Source of the DNA: Desulfobulbaceae bacterium | GTDB taxonomy: Bacteria > Desulfobacterota > Desulfobulbia > Desulfobulbales > Desulfobulbaceae | DNA length: 64,000 nucleotides | NCBI GenBank assembly: GCA_012744275.1 | Contig: JAAYIE010000003.1 | Span: 795-64,794 of the forward strand | Direction: 5' to 3' | Part shown: piece after piece, positions 18,830-28,095 of the stretch | How the letters are laid out: each line of letters begins with the position of its first letter | Numbering within the stretch: the first letter of the stretch is position 1 | Notes under the pieces: generated by a model | Database searches by the model: none | What the model was told of the DNA's origin: nothing | What the model saw: only the letters and a program-made list of their open reading frames with translations | Translations under genes and position numbers: made by a program

Positions 18830-21800
18830 GGTTCGCTCCACTGTTTTCTGCCAATTGCAGCTGTCCATCCAAAGCTTCGATACAGTCTTCCATGCGCATA
18901 CCGCGGGAACCTTTTACAAGTATCCAGTCTCCCTGTACCAGGGCCCCCTGTTGGATCAGATTGGCACACCATGTGCCCATGGCCTTGGGGTCGGAAAAAA
19001 GAAGGACCCGATCCGCATCCATACCCTGTCCCCGTGCAGCCTGGGCTGTCTCTGCGGCGTAGCTGCCTGTGAGGGCAAGATAACTGAAACCCAGCTCGGC
19101 GACCAGCTTGCCAATATCCTGATGGAGGACTGCGCCTGCCTCACCCAATTCCAGCATATCGCCAAGAATGGCCAGGCATTTCCCCTTGCGTGCGCCCGCT
19201 GTGCCAATATTTCCTGCCAGGGCTGCCACCGTACGCAGGCCGGCCGCCATGGAGGCAGGATTGGCGTTATAGGCGTCGTTAACCAGCTTCACCCCACCGG
19301 GCAAGGTCTTGGCCACCATTCGTTTGTCCAAGGGCCGATACTGGCTGAGCCCGGTTGCAATTGCATCCGAACCAATCCCCATGGCATGGGCAATAGCAGC
19401 GGCCGCAGCGCAGTTATGGGCATTATGCTCGCCCAGGGTCGGGACAGTGAGGCGTTTGGCCCAATCGCCAATGTGCAGGGTAAAACGGATGCCCTGCTCG
19501 CACAGATTGATGAGGCGAGTAATACGCACCACCGGCTTTCGTCTGCGGCCAGCTGCTGTCACGGCAAAACCGATTTGTGTACCATCAGTATTGCACGCAA
19601 GGCGGTAGATATTCGGGTCATCTTCATTGACCACACGAATAGCGTCGGGGCGCATATTGTGGAAGAGTTCTCCCTTGGCCCTGGCTACACCGGCAACGCT
19701 GCCGAGTCCCTGCAGATGGGCGGGATGCACCGTGCTGATGCAGCCCACATCCGGATCAGCTATACGGGTCAGTTGCGCGATTTCGCCCGGAGCGTTCATA
19801 CCCATCTCCAGCACCGCCACCCGATGGCCGGCATTGAGCGGTAAAAGGGAAAGCGGCAGGCCGATCAAATTATTAAAATTACCACTCGTTTTAAGTACAG
19901 GCTGCTGCTGCGCCCACTTGTCGGTCAGGGCGGTTCCGCAAATGGCGGCCACCATCTCCTTGACCGTGGTCTTGCCAGAGCTGCCAGTAATAGCGGCCAC
20001 ACACAGGGGACCTGCAAAAAAATCCCGACGGAATCTGGCCAGCCTGCCCAAGGCAGCAAGGGAATCCTCCACCTGAATACAGAGGACCGCCTCCTGATTG
20101 AGCGCACTTTTCGGAAATCGCTCTGCGATCACTGCGCCGGCCCCGGCCGCCATGGCCTGCTCAATATAGGTGTGGCCATCGAAAGCCTCGCCCTTTAGAG
20201 CAAGGAAAACATCTCCTTTAGCTAAGGTTCGGCTGTCGGTACAGATACTGCGCAACACTGTTTGCGTTCTCACCAGCCCTGCTTTTTTACCGCCTGTGCC
20301 TGCCAGCAGCAAACGCTCGTTCCAGATGGCCAGCGCGTTGCGAGCTTCAAAGCGGTCATCGAAAAACTGCTTCTCCCGGCCCAGGATCTGGTAATCTTCG
20401 TGACCCTTGCCCGCGATCAGTATCGTGTCTCCGGGATGGCTGAGGGAGCAGGCCATGGCAATAGCCCTGCGCCGGTCACAGATGCGGGCATAATGCGGCT
20501 CCTGCCTAGAATTGAGCAACAGTTGCTCTGCATCGGAGCACTGTGCCCCTGCATGAACAAGACCGGGGATAATATCATCCAAGATGCGTTCGGGATCTTC
20601 CGTACGTGGATTGTCTGAGGTAACCACAATGCTATCGCTATGGCGGGCAGCCACCTCGCCCATGAGTGGTCGCTTGCCCCGGTCCCGATCGCCACCACAG
20701 CCAAAAACGCAGATGAGCCTGCCACTACCCACGGCACGAAGGGTACTGAGCACATTATCCAGGGCATCGGGCGTATGGGCATAATCGACAAAAACTGTAG
20801 GTGATAACGAAGCGTCTGCACCCGGTGACAGAACACGTTCCAGGCGCCCGGGTACAGCATGAACCTTGGCAAGTCCTGTGCAAATCTCCTCCAGTCGCAG
20901 ACCAAGCCCCAGACCTGAACCCACCGCACTGAGCACATTGCGCACATTGTACGCCCCCACCAGCGGTGAATGCAGGTGGATACCCTGGCCACAGGCGTCA
21001 AGTTCGCAAGAAAAACCGTCAAGCCCGTATTCGAGTGATCTGGCCCTGACCTGGCACTGCTTACCCAGCCCAGTGCGCAGTACCTTGGCGTTTTGAGCCA
21101 AATTGGCAAATTGTTTTCCCCAGGGCTGCTCTTCACCCGGTACATCCGTAGCAATCACCGCAGTGGCACCTTCAGCGAGATGGTGGCTAAAGAGGAGTGA
21201 CTTGGCGGAGAAGTACTGCTCCATGTTCTGATGATAGTCGAGGTGATCACGGGTCAGATTGGTGAAGACGGCCACATCAAAACGCATGTTGCCAATCCGC
21301 TTCTGGGCCAAAGCATGTGAGGACAGCTCCATGATTACATGGCTCACACCGGCATCGACCATCCGGCGCAGCAGCATCTGCAGGGTAAGGGCATCCGGCG
21401 TGGTCAGCGAGGCCTCCTGCATCACATGTATCGCATCCGGGCCATGGTAACGATAATTCACCGTGCCGATTACCCCGGGCCGGAAACCGGCATGGACGAG
21501 CATGCCCTCAATCAACCAGGAAGTGGTAGTTTTTCCGTTGGTTCCGGTAATGCCGACAAGGCGCATTTTCTTTGCAGGGAAGCCATACCAGGCTTCAGCC
21601 AAGGAAGCGAGGCCCTGCTGTGCATCCTGTACAGCAATGCAAGCAAGCGGCCAATCCGGATTGCATTGGCCTTGCTCCACCACAACGGCCCGGCATCCTC
21701 TGTTCATGGCATCCTGCACAAACAGATGGCCTGCGGTGGCATGTCCGGGCATTGCCACAAACAGGCTGCCAGGACCAGCCTTGCGGGAGTCGCATACCAC

Positions 21801-21905
21801 GGCACTAATTGGCTCCTGCAAAATTGATTCGGCCGTGTCCGCAGGTATTCCCAGGCCTGCTGCCTGAAGCAGTTCACCGAGACTGTATGAAGGCTCCGTG
21901 TTCAT
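18819..21905 (-). CDS. murE/murF: Fused MurE-MurF (UDP-MurNAc-tripeptide synthetase / UDP-MurNAc-tripeptide--D-Ala-D-Ala ligase)
   Basis: One uninterrupted ORF. The N-terminal half has the MurE pattern (GITGTNGKTTTSW; VVTSDNPRTEDP; GKGHEDYQ). After a linker (...ALAIWNERLLLAGTGG..., about 20290-20350) comes a complete MurF (ICTDSRTLAKGDVFLALKGEAFDGH; ITGSSGKTTVKEM; DAYNANPASM). There is no stop or Met at the junction. Confidence 0.9.
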   Translation of the reverse strand: MNTEPSYSLGELLQAAGLGIPADTAESILQEPISAVVCDSRKAGPGSLFVAMPGHATAGHLFVQDAMNRGCRAVVVEQGQCNPDWPLACIAVQDAQQGLASLAEAWYGFPAKKMRLVGITGTNGKTTTSWLIEGMLVHAGFRPGVIGTVNYRYHGPDAIHVMQEASLTTPDALTLQMLLRRMVDAGVSHVIMELSSHALAQKRIGNMRFDVAVFTNLTRDHLDYHQNMEQYFSAKSLLFSHHLAEGATAVIATDVPGEEQPWGKQFANLAQNAKVLRTGLGKQCQVRARSLEYGLDGFSCELDACGQGIHLHSPLVGAYNVRNVLSAVGSGLGLGLRLEEICTGLAKVHAVPGRLERVLSPGADASLSPTVFVDYAHTPDALDNVLSTLRAVGSGRLICVFGCGGDRDRGKRPLMGEVAARHSDSIVVTSDNPRTEDPERILDDIIPGLVHAGAQCSDAEQLLLNSRQEPHYARICDRRRAIAMACSLSHPGDTILIAGKGHEDYQILGREKQFFDDRFEARNALAIWNERLLLAGTGGKKAGLVRTQTVLRSICTDSRTLAKGDVFLALKGEAFDGHTYIEQAMAAGAGAVIAERFPKSALNQEAVLCIQVEDSLAALGRLARFRRDFFAGPLCVAAITGSSGKTTVKEMVAAICGTALTDKWAQQQPVLKTSGNFNNLIGLPLSLLPLNAGHRVAVLEMGMNAPGEIAQLTRIADPDVGCISTVHPAHLQGLGSVAGVARAKGELFHNMRPDAIRVVNEDDPNIYRLACNTDGTQIGFAVTAAGRRRKPVVRITRLINLCEQGIRFTLHIGDWAKRLTVPTLGEHNAHNCAAAAAIAHAMGIGSDAIATGLSQYRPLDKRMVAKTLPGGVKLVNDAYNANPASMAAGLRTVAALAGNIGTAGARKGKCLAILGDMLELGEAGAVLHQDIGKLVAELGFSYLALTGSYAAETAQAARGQGMDADRVLLFSDPKAMGTWCANLIQQGALVQGDWILVKGSRGMRMEDCIEALDGQLQLAENSGANHAV

Positions 21906-23725
21906 CGCTCGTCCAAGGTAAGAATACACTCGTTCATACCGAGGAGTGAAACACCCGGCAAGGGATATTGGGCAATGACCTTGCCGCTGCCATTGATACT
22001 CACCTTCAGTTTATACGGATCAATTTTCTGCAAAGCCTTGCGTAAGCTCAGGCCACGCAGGGCCGGCATGGTTGCAGCCTGGGCGGCAATTTCTTCAGGC
22101 GTTTTGGTTGCTGCCAGGCGCTTGCTGATAAAGAACTGACGCATATTTTCCTCGCTGCGTGCTGGCGGAGCCTCTGCCTGGGTTACTTGTGGCGGATTTT
22201 TCTCAACATAGGCCAACAGATCCCGCCCAAGTTGGCGCAACGTGTCCTCCTTAGCCAAATCTCCCTTCGGCTGAGGCCGACTTTCATTTTTTTCAACAGC
22301 CATAACCAGAAGAAACTGCGGGTGTACAGCCGGCGTCAGTCCGGCAAAAAGACGCTGGACGGAGTATTCGCCAGGCTCACTGCCTGTGCCCATCCGCTCA
22401 GTTTCTCCCATGTATAAAATTTTGTTGTCCTTATCGGAAACCCAGTTGGAAAACAGGTTGCGACGGATCTTCACACTCAGCGCCGGGTCGAGCACATGGG
22501 CCCGACCGGTGCCGTCACTCTTTCGATAAAACCGGGTTGAGCTGGCATGGTCGTAAATCGAGTCAACCACATAGGGGTTAATGCGCCAGCCACCGTTCAC
22601 CAAGCTAGCCAGGGTAGCCCCCACCTGGACGCCGGTCACCGCATCATCCCCTCCTTCAAGATTTTTTTGCGAGGAACCGCCCTCCCAGTTATCTGAAACC
22701 GAATCGTAGAGTCGGATACGATGCTCAAAGTTGTCGAGCATGGCGTCGCTGAAACCATAATCCAGCATAGCCACGGTCTCCGGTAAAAGTGGCGGTCCAT
22801 CGATGCCTTGCCGTTCTATTTCAGCGGCCCGCACCAAAATTGGCCGTATAAGGTCTTTGTCGAGCAAATGGCTGTAAATACGGTTGACCCGATTGCCTTC
22901 ATTGGCTTTCCAAAAATAATTCGGGTTGAATGACGGCTGGTTAACCAAAGCCAAAATGCGCCCACTCCCAGGTTCCAGCAAAAGCCCCATGCCTCCTTCC
23001 ATGCCCTGGGCGGCCAGGTACTCGCGAAACAACTGCTCCAGCTGGCGCTGCAGACGCAGATCCAAGGTCAGGATCAGGTCCACCGACTTCGCCCCTAAAC
23101 TCTCACGCCCCTGAAAGTCGATATCAGGGATATTGCTGCTACGCACGGTGCGGGAGGCCAGCACTGCATCATAACGACCTTCCACTCCGGCAAGACCTGC
23201 TTTGTCACCCATAAAACCAAGCACATGCGAGGCTGCAGTATGGGCAGGGTAGAACCTCGCTTCAATTGGAGTACACAAGACCCCGGGCAGCTCAAGGGCC
23301 TCGATGGCGGCGGCCAGATGCTCATCCAGATCCTCCATCAATGCTACCGTCTGCCTAGAGCTCTTCATGCTGCCTTCAATTTCTGCCGCCTTTTTACCAA
23401 TCACCTGCGACAGAGATTCAGCTGTGTGCTTATGATCGGCCACATCGGCAGGCCGCACGCTCAACCGGTACAGCCGGTAACTCACTGCCATTTCGTTGAA
23501 GCGCTGATCGTATATTGCTCCTCTTAAAACAGAAACAGCGGGCTCTAGGCCCGCTGTATTGCGAGGAATTTTGCCGGCAGCTGACTGGATAATCCTGCTG
23601 ATATCCAGGAGGGAGGGAGGGATTCCATACAGAACAGCCCCAGCCGCTGCCAGCAAAACAACGCTTAAAAAGATCTTGAGACCTCGCCGCTTCTTTCTGT
23701 TTTTGGAACTGACGATCTTGACCAT
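21902..23725 (-). CDS. FtsI/PBP3-like penicillin-binding protein homolog with degenerate transpeptidase motifs and C-terminal PASTA-like domain
   Basis: N-terminal TM helix, PBP dimerisation-domain pattern, and ...LLLEPGSGRILALVNQPSFNPN... Where SxxK is expected the sequence reads NRIYSHLLDKDLIRP, and where KTG is expected it reads GETERMGTG. The C-terminal MPALRGLSLRKALQKI...GKVIAQYPLPG resembles PASTA. The ATG at 23725 has an AGGA ribosome-binding site. Confidence 0.75.
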   Translation of the reverse strand: MVKIVSSKNRKKRRGLKIFLSVVLLAAAGAVLYGIPPSLLDISRIIQSAAGKIPRNTAGLEPAVSVLRGAIYDQRFNEMAVSYRLYRLSVRPADVADHKHTAESLSQVIGKKAAEIEGSMKSSRQTVALMEDLDEHLAAAIEALELPGVLCTPIEARFYPAHTAASHVLGFMGDKAGLAGVEGRYDAVLASRTVRSSNIPDIDFQGRESLGAKSVDLILTLDLRLQRQLEQLFREYLAAQGMEGGMGLLLEPGSGRILALVNQPSFNPNYFWKANEGNRVNRIYSHLLDKDLIRPILVRAAEIERQGIDGPPLLPETVAMLDYGFSDAMLDNFEHRIRLYDSVSDNWEGGSSQKNLEGGDDAVTGVQVGATLASLVNGGWRINPYVVDSIYDHASSTRFYRKSDGTGRAHVLDPALSVKIRRNLFSNWVSDKDNKILYMGETERMGTGSEPGEYSVQRLFAGLTPAVHPQFLLVMAVEKNESRPQPKGDLAKEDTLRQLGRDLLAYVEKNPPQVTQAEAPPARSEENMRQFFISKRLAATKTPEEIAAQAATMPALRGLSLRKALQKIDPYKLKVSINGSGKVIAQYPLPGVSLLGMNECILTLDER

Positions 23726-23732
23726 ACAATTC

Positions 23733-24101
23733 CTACATGCGCTGAACCTGGTCTGCACGTGGTTCAAACAACTGGAGCCTGGTGCCGGCGATTTTGCTTA
23801 TCCTCTCCTTGGAGCTGAGTTGAGCCCGTGCACTTAAAAGGCGAATATTTTCATCATAAAGAGCAGTATTGTGCTGCTGAATCTGTATGATGGCTGCTTG
23901 CACCGTGTTTGCCTTGGCGTGGATGCTGAAGGAACTTAACAGTCCGACGCTGCAGGCAAAAGCAGCCAACACCAGTACGGCTGCCCGCTGCTGCCCGCTC
24001 AGATTAAAAAATCGCAGCCCGAGCCCTGCCAGGTGAATCTTGGGCCCACTGGCCTGTGCACAGGGATATCTGTAGGGTCGAATTTGTGTATTGCTGATCA
24101 T
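23733..24101 (-). CDS. ftsL: Cell division protein FtsL-like
   Basis: Small bitopic protein (TM AAVLVLAAFACSVGLLSSF followed by a coiled coil), located between rsmH and the ftsI-like gene. The ATG at 24101 has GAGGTG upstream. Confidence 0.7.
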   Translation of the reverse strand: MISNTQIRPYRYPCAQASGPKIHLAGLGLRFFNLSGQQRAAVLVLAAFACSVGLLSSFSIHAKANTVQAAIIQIQQHNTALYDENIRLLSARAQLSSKERISKIAGTRLQLFEPRADQVQRM

Positions 24102-24154
24102 GCTGCACCTCACCGTGTTAGCTGTCGCTCCAGATAGTGAGCGGAACCTTTATC

Positions 24155-25048
24155 TCAACTGTATCGCCGCTCGGCCACCCGCATTTTGGCACTGCGGGCG
24201 CGGGGATTTTTTCTAGTTTCTTCCTCTGTCGCCTCAAGTGGCTTTTTGTACAGGGCTTGCAGCATTACATCTTGTTCAATGGCCTGCTTCACCAAACGAT
24301 CCTCCAGAGAATGAAACGCGATAACTGCCATACGCCCTCCGGGCTTGAGCGCTGCCGGCGCCGTCCTGAGCAGTGTCTCTATATTTTCTAGCTCGCCATT
24401 CACGGCGATGCGCAGGGCCTGAAATGTCTTGGTAGCCACATGCACCCTGTGGGGATGATATTTCCTGGGCACAGCCATCGCTACCAAGCGGGCCAGCTGC
24501 TTAGTTCCGACAATCGCCTCAACCTCTCTGGCCTGTACCAGGTGACGGGCGATACGCCGCGCCTGCCTCTCCTCGCCGTAGTAGTAAAGCAGATCAGCCA
24601 GTTGCGTCTCTGATACTGCTGCAAGCAGGCCTGTGGCATCCAGCTGCCTGCTTTTATCCATGCGCATATCCAGCGGCGCATCCACCATAAAGCTGAATCC
24701 CCGTTCGCCGGCATCAAGTTGCAGCGATGAAACACCCAAATCTGCGACCAGCCCATCAATCCCGCTTATCTGCAGCCGGGCCAGCTCATCTTGCAAACCG
24801 ACATAGGAGGCCGGCACAATCTGTATTCTGTCTGCAAATTCAGCCAGATTTTCTCTAGCTATTGTCGCTGCCTGACTGTCCCATTCAAAACCGATCACCC
24901 TGCCGCCCGGTGCTGACGCTTCCAGAATGGCCCTGCTGTGTCCGCCCAGACCAAGGGTTGCATCAACGTAGACACCGCCGTCTTTGGGTGCCAACCAGTG
25001 GAGCACCTCATGCAGCAGAACCGGCACATGTCCCGGCGCGCCTGCCAT
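24155..25048 (-). CDS. rsmH: 16S rRNA (cytosine1402-N4)-methyltransferase
   Basis: HVPVLLHEVLHWLAPKDGGVYVDATLGLGGHS and ...AVIAFHSLEDRLVK, typical of MraW/RsmH. Confidence 0.93.
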   Translation of the reverse strand: MAGAPGHVPVLLHEVLHWLAPKDGGVYVDATLGLGGHSRAILEASAPGGRVIGFEWDSQAATIARENLAEFADRIQIVPASYVGLQDELARLQISGIDGLVADLGVSSLQLDAGERGFSFMVDAPLDMRMDKSRQLDATGLLAAVSETQLADLLYYYGEERQARRIARHLVQAREVEAIVGTKQLARLVAMAVPRKYHPHRVHVATKTFQALRIAVNGELENIETLLRTAPAALKPGGRMAVIAFHSLEDRLVKQAIEQDVMLQALYKKPLEATEEETRKNPRARSAKMRVAERRYS

Positions 25049-25057
25049 ATATAGAGC

Positions 25058-25513
25058 CTACAGCACGCCCACTGCAGCCATGATCTCCTCGTAGGCATCA
25101 AAGGAGGCGTGCATGTCTTCAAATTCGCGCTGCCAGGCATCCTTGTCCCAAATCTCGAAATGCTGCAGCACACCGGCCACCACCACATCCTTGTCAATAC
25201 CGGCATCGCTTCTAGTCTTGGGTGGCAACAGGATGCGTCCCTGCTTATCAACCGGGCATTCCACTACACTGGTGGTCAGGGTGCGGATGAATTTGCTGCC
25301 CATGCGGTGCTTCAACCCTTCTGCATTCAATTTCCGCATCAGGTCTTCCCATTCCGGCAACGGATACGCCCGCAGGCAATCCTTCCACAGGGTAACCTTG
25401 ACCATATCCGTGTCATACACATCCCTTAACACCTCGCGAAAACGAGTGGGAATGTTCAAGCGGCCCTTTGGGTCCAAGCTATGCTCTGAATTACCTTCAA
25501 ACTCGAGCACCAC
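25058..25513 (-). CDS. mraZ: Transcriptional regulator MraZ
   Basis: 151 aa with two SpoVT/AbrB-like halves, each carrying the D-x-K-G-R motif (LDPKGRLNIP; VDKQGRILLP). First gene of the dcw cluster, GTG start. Confidence 0.93.
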   Translation of the reverse strand: MVLEFEGNSEHSLDPKGRLNIPTRFREVLRDVYDTDMVKVTLWKDCLRAYPLPEWEDLMRKLNAEGLKHRMGSKFIRTLTTSVVECPVDKQGRILLPPKTRSDAGIDKDVVVAGVLQHFEIWDKDAWQREFEDMHASFDAYEEIMAAVGVL

Positions 25514-25552
25514 ATCACCAGGCTACGGATTGATCAACTGAACCTCTTAACC

Positions 25553-25587
25553 CCACCTTCCAACCACTTTACACCACTATTAACCAC
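25553..25587 (-). promoter_or_regulatory. Candidate MraZ operator: four phased GTGG(T/G) direct repeats upstream of mraZ
   Basis: The minus strand reads GTGGTTAATAGTGGTGTAAAGTGGTTGGAAGGTGGGG. CCAC on the plus strand lies at 25553, 25564, 25574 and 25584 (spacing 11/10/10 bp), 40-75 bp upstream of the mraZ start. Confidence 0.5.
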
Positions 25588-25750
25588 AAAATAAACAGCC
25601 CACGGGTAAGAAGTCAAGAAAAAAGAAAGGAATAACCAAGAGCTGCGAAGCTATGCCTGCAGGAATACAGCACCACTTCACCTCAAAAGGGCATTCTGAT
25701 CAACAATATGAAATTACTGAAAAAATAAAGAAAAAAACGATGATGCAGGC

Positions 25751-26821
25751 TCATTCCTGCGGGGCAGGATCATCAAAAAGGCCAGCCTGGTACATGGCGC
25801 TGGTGCGGAAGGGCAAATCAAAGTGGGCATAGGCACCGGGTGTCGCAACCCGGCCGCGTGGAGTACGCATGAGAAAGCCCGACTGGATAAGGAAGGGTTC
25901 GTAAACGTCTTCCAGGGTGGTTTTTTCTTCGCAGACTACGGTGGACAGGGTTTCCAGGCCAATCGGACCGCCCTGAAACTTCTCAATCAAAGTCAGGAGG
26001 ATACGCCGATCCATTTCATCCAGACCGAAGCGATCGACCTGGAGCATGTCCAGGGCCTTGTCTGCCACCTCGCTGGTGATGCGGGCATGACCGCCCACCT
26101 CGGTAAAATCCCGCACTCGACGCAAGAGCCGGTTGGCAATACGGGGCGTGCCGCGGGAGCGTCGGCCGATTTCCAGCGCACCATCCGCCGCGATCTCAAT
26201 CTGAAATAAACGGGCAGAACGCTGCACTATGGTGGCAAGTTCTTCTGGGCTGTAGTAGTCGAGGCGTAAAATCACACCAAAACGATCGCGCAGGGGCGGG
26301 GTTAGAAGGCCGGTACGGGTGGTGGCGCCCACCAAGGTGAAGCGGGGCAGATCCATCTTGACGGAACGCGCTCCCGGCCCCTGACCAATGACCAAATCGA
26401 GTTGATAATCCTCCATGGCAGGGTAAAGGATTTCCTCCACCACATGGTTGAGGCGGTGGATTTCATCAATGAAAAGCACATCCCCCTCCTGCAGGCTGGT
26501 GAGGATAGCGGCCAGATCGCCTGCTCGCTCAATCACTGGCCCCGAGGTCACCTTAATACCCGCGCCCATCTCATTGGCAATTATGTAGGCGAGCGTGGTC
26601 TTGCCCAAGCCTGGAAAACCGTGGAAAAGCACATGATCAAGTGCCTCCCCGCGCAGCCGGGCCGCTTGGATAAAGATGTTAAGGCTGTCCTTGACCTGTT
26701 GCTGGCCGATATACTCTGTCAGGCTGCGAGGACGAATTTCCACGCCAGGGGCGAGCAAATCCTCTTCTTCCAGTTCCGCATCCACCAGGCGTTTACCGCT
26801 GAGCGGCTCCTCGTGTTTCAC
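25751..26821 (-). CDS. ruvB: Holliday junction branch migration helicase RuvB
   Basis: [12 protein letters not shown], Walker [20 protein letters not shown]. No in-frame ATG near the 5' end. The GTG at 26821 has GAGGTG 6 nt upstream; the track uses the TTG at 26845. Confidence 0.93.
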   Translation of the reverse strand: MKHEEPLSGKRLVDAELEEEDLLAPGVEIRPRSLTEYIGQQQVKDSLNIFIQAARLRGEALDHVLFHGFPGLGKTTLAYIIANEMGAGIKVTSGPVIERAGDLAAILTSLQEGDVLFIDEIHRLNHVVEEILYPAMEDYQLDLVIGQGPGARSVKMDLPRFTLVGATTRTGLLTPPLRDRFGVILRLDYYSPEELATIVQRSARLFQIEIAADGALEIGRRSRGTPRIANRLLRRVRDFTEVGGHARITSEVADKALDMLQVDRFGLDEMDRRILLTLIEKFQGGPIGLETLSTVVCEEKTTLEDVYEPFLIQSGFLMRTPRGRVATPGAYAHFDLPFRTSAMYQAGLFDDPAPQE

Positions 26822-26866
26822 CGAAGGCACCTCATGCAAGAACAAAAAATTTCATGGTCACGCACT

Positions 26867-27487
26867 TTATCTGCCAGCCAGCAGACGCAGAGCCCGGCGC
26901 AGCCAGTCTTCCACCGCAAAACCTGCGGCATCCTGCTCCTTCTCCAGACTGCGCAGTGCCTGCCAAACCTGTTGTTCCGTATAGCCCAGATTCACCAGGG
27001 CAGAGGCTGCGTCTGCCTGCGGAGCAGCCTGCATGCCTGCGCCTGTACCACCGGCCTCCACAGGAACTGCGGCAAAACCACTCAGCGCCCCCACCTTATC
27101 GGCCAGTTCCATGCAGATGCGCTCAGCTGTCTTCTTGCCTATACCCGGCACTGAGGTCAGACGGGCAAGGTCCCGGCTGGCAATGGCCCCTTGCAGATCA
27201 GCCGGGCCAAGCCCGCCCAGCACGGTCAGGGCCAGTTTCGGGCCAATGCCGGAAACGCCAATCAATAATAAAAACAGTTTTTTCTCATCAGCTGAGGCAA
27301 ACCCGTAGAGGCTCATGGCATCTGCCCGTACAATGGTTTGCACAAAAAATTGCATCTCCTGGTGCAGCTCTGGCAAGACCTCGTAGGTGCGTAGTGAAAT
27401 CAGCACCTCGTAGCCCACCCCATTCACATCCACCACAGTGTGGTTCGGATTTTTCTGAATAATTTTTCCTCGCAGGGCAGCAATCAT
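26867..27487 (-). CDS. ruvA: Holliday junction DNA-binding protein RuvA
   Basis: MIAALRGKIIQKNPNHTVVDVNGVGYEVLIS and the HhH motifs (GVSGIGPKLAL, VPGIGKKTAERI). Trimmed from the track ORF (27676) to the ATG at 27487. Confidence 0.92.
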   Translation of the reverse strand: MIAALRGKIIQKNPNHTVVDVNGVGYEVLISLRTYEVLPELHQEMQFFVQTIVRADAMSLYGFASADEKKLFLLLIGVSGIGPKLALTVLGGLGPADLQGAIASRDLARLTSVPGIGKKTAERICMELADKVGALSGFAAVPVEAGGTGAGMQAAPQADAASALVNLGYTEQQVWQALRSLEKEQDAAGFAVEDWLRRALRLLAGR

Positions 27488-27602
27488 GACAAAAACAATG
27501 TACCAAAGAGACAAAGAAAATACGACGCCAGTGTACATAGAGGTACGCCCTGCGGGTATTTTCCAAAGCCAGTATTTAAGAGCATTTAAAATGAAATTGG
27601 AA

Positions 27603-28073
27603 TCAGACAAAACTGTGGTGCGCATGGCAGATGGCCAGGGCCAGGGCATCCGCCGCATCGCTTGAGGGCGCGGCATTCAGCCTGAGCAGCATCCGCACCA
27701 TGTACTGAATCTGGGCCTTATCGGCCTGGCCATAACCAGCCACGGTTTGCTTGACCCGGCGAGGGCTGTAGTTGAAAACCTCCACGCCTTGGTGCAGGGC
27801 AGCCACCACTGCAGCTCCGCGGGCATGACCAAGCTTAAGAGCAGCGCGGGGATCGCGGGCGACGAACACCTCCTCCACCGCAGCCACTTCGGGCGCATAA
27901 CTGCTGATCACTTCACTTATATCAGAAAAAATAACCAGCAGGCGGCGGGAAAAGTTTGCCTCGCCAGCAGTACGGATGGTGCCGCAGGCAATAAACTCAA
28001 GCTGGTTGCGCCGGCTCTCAATAAGGCCATAGCCCGTAATCCGCGAACCCGGATCTATCCCCAGAATGCGCAT
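27603..28073 (-). CDS. ruvC: Crossover junction endodeoxyribonuclease RuvC
   Basis: MRILGIDPGSRITGYGLIE, 156 aa, with the catalytic-acid pattern conserved. Confidence 0.93.
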   Translation of the reverse strand: MRILGIDPGSRITGYGLIESRRNQLEFIACGTIRTAGEANFSRRLLVIFSDISEVISSYAPEVAAVEEVFVARDPRAALKLGHARGAAVVAALHQGVEVFNYSPRRVKQTVAGYGQADKAQIQYMVRMLLRLNAAPSSDAADALALAICHAHHSFV

Positions 28074-28095
28074 ACATCTTGCCGCTGTATTGCCA

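Noticed and set aside
18828-19844. 338-aa plus-strand ORF, and similar antisense ORFs at 42030-42911, 44989-45780, 45111-45815, 47284-48462, 7089-7871, 28198-28833, 29108-29821 and 54717-55370.
   Set aside because: Each lies opposite a confidently identified gene (murE::murF, gspD, gspM/N, gspK, radical SAM, yebC, rlmE/cca, pgm) and shows no family resemblance.
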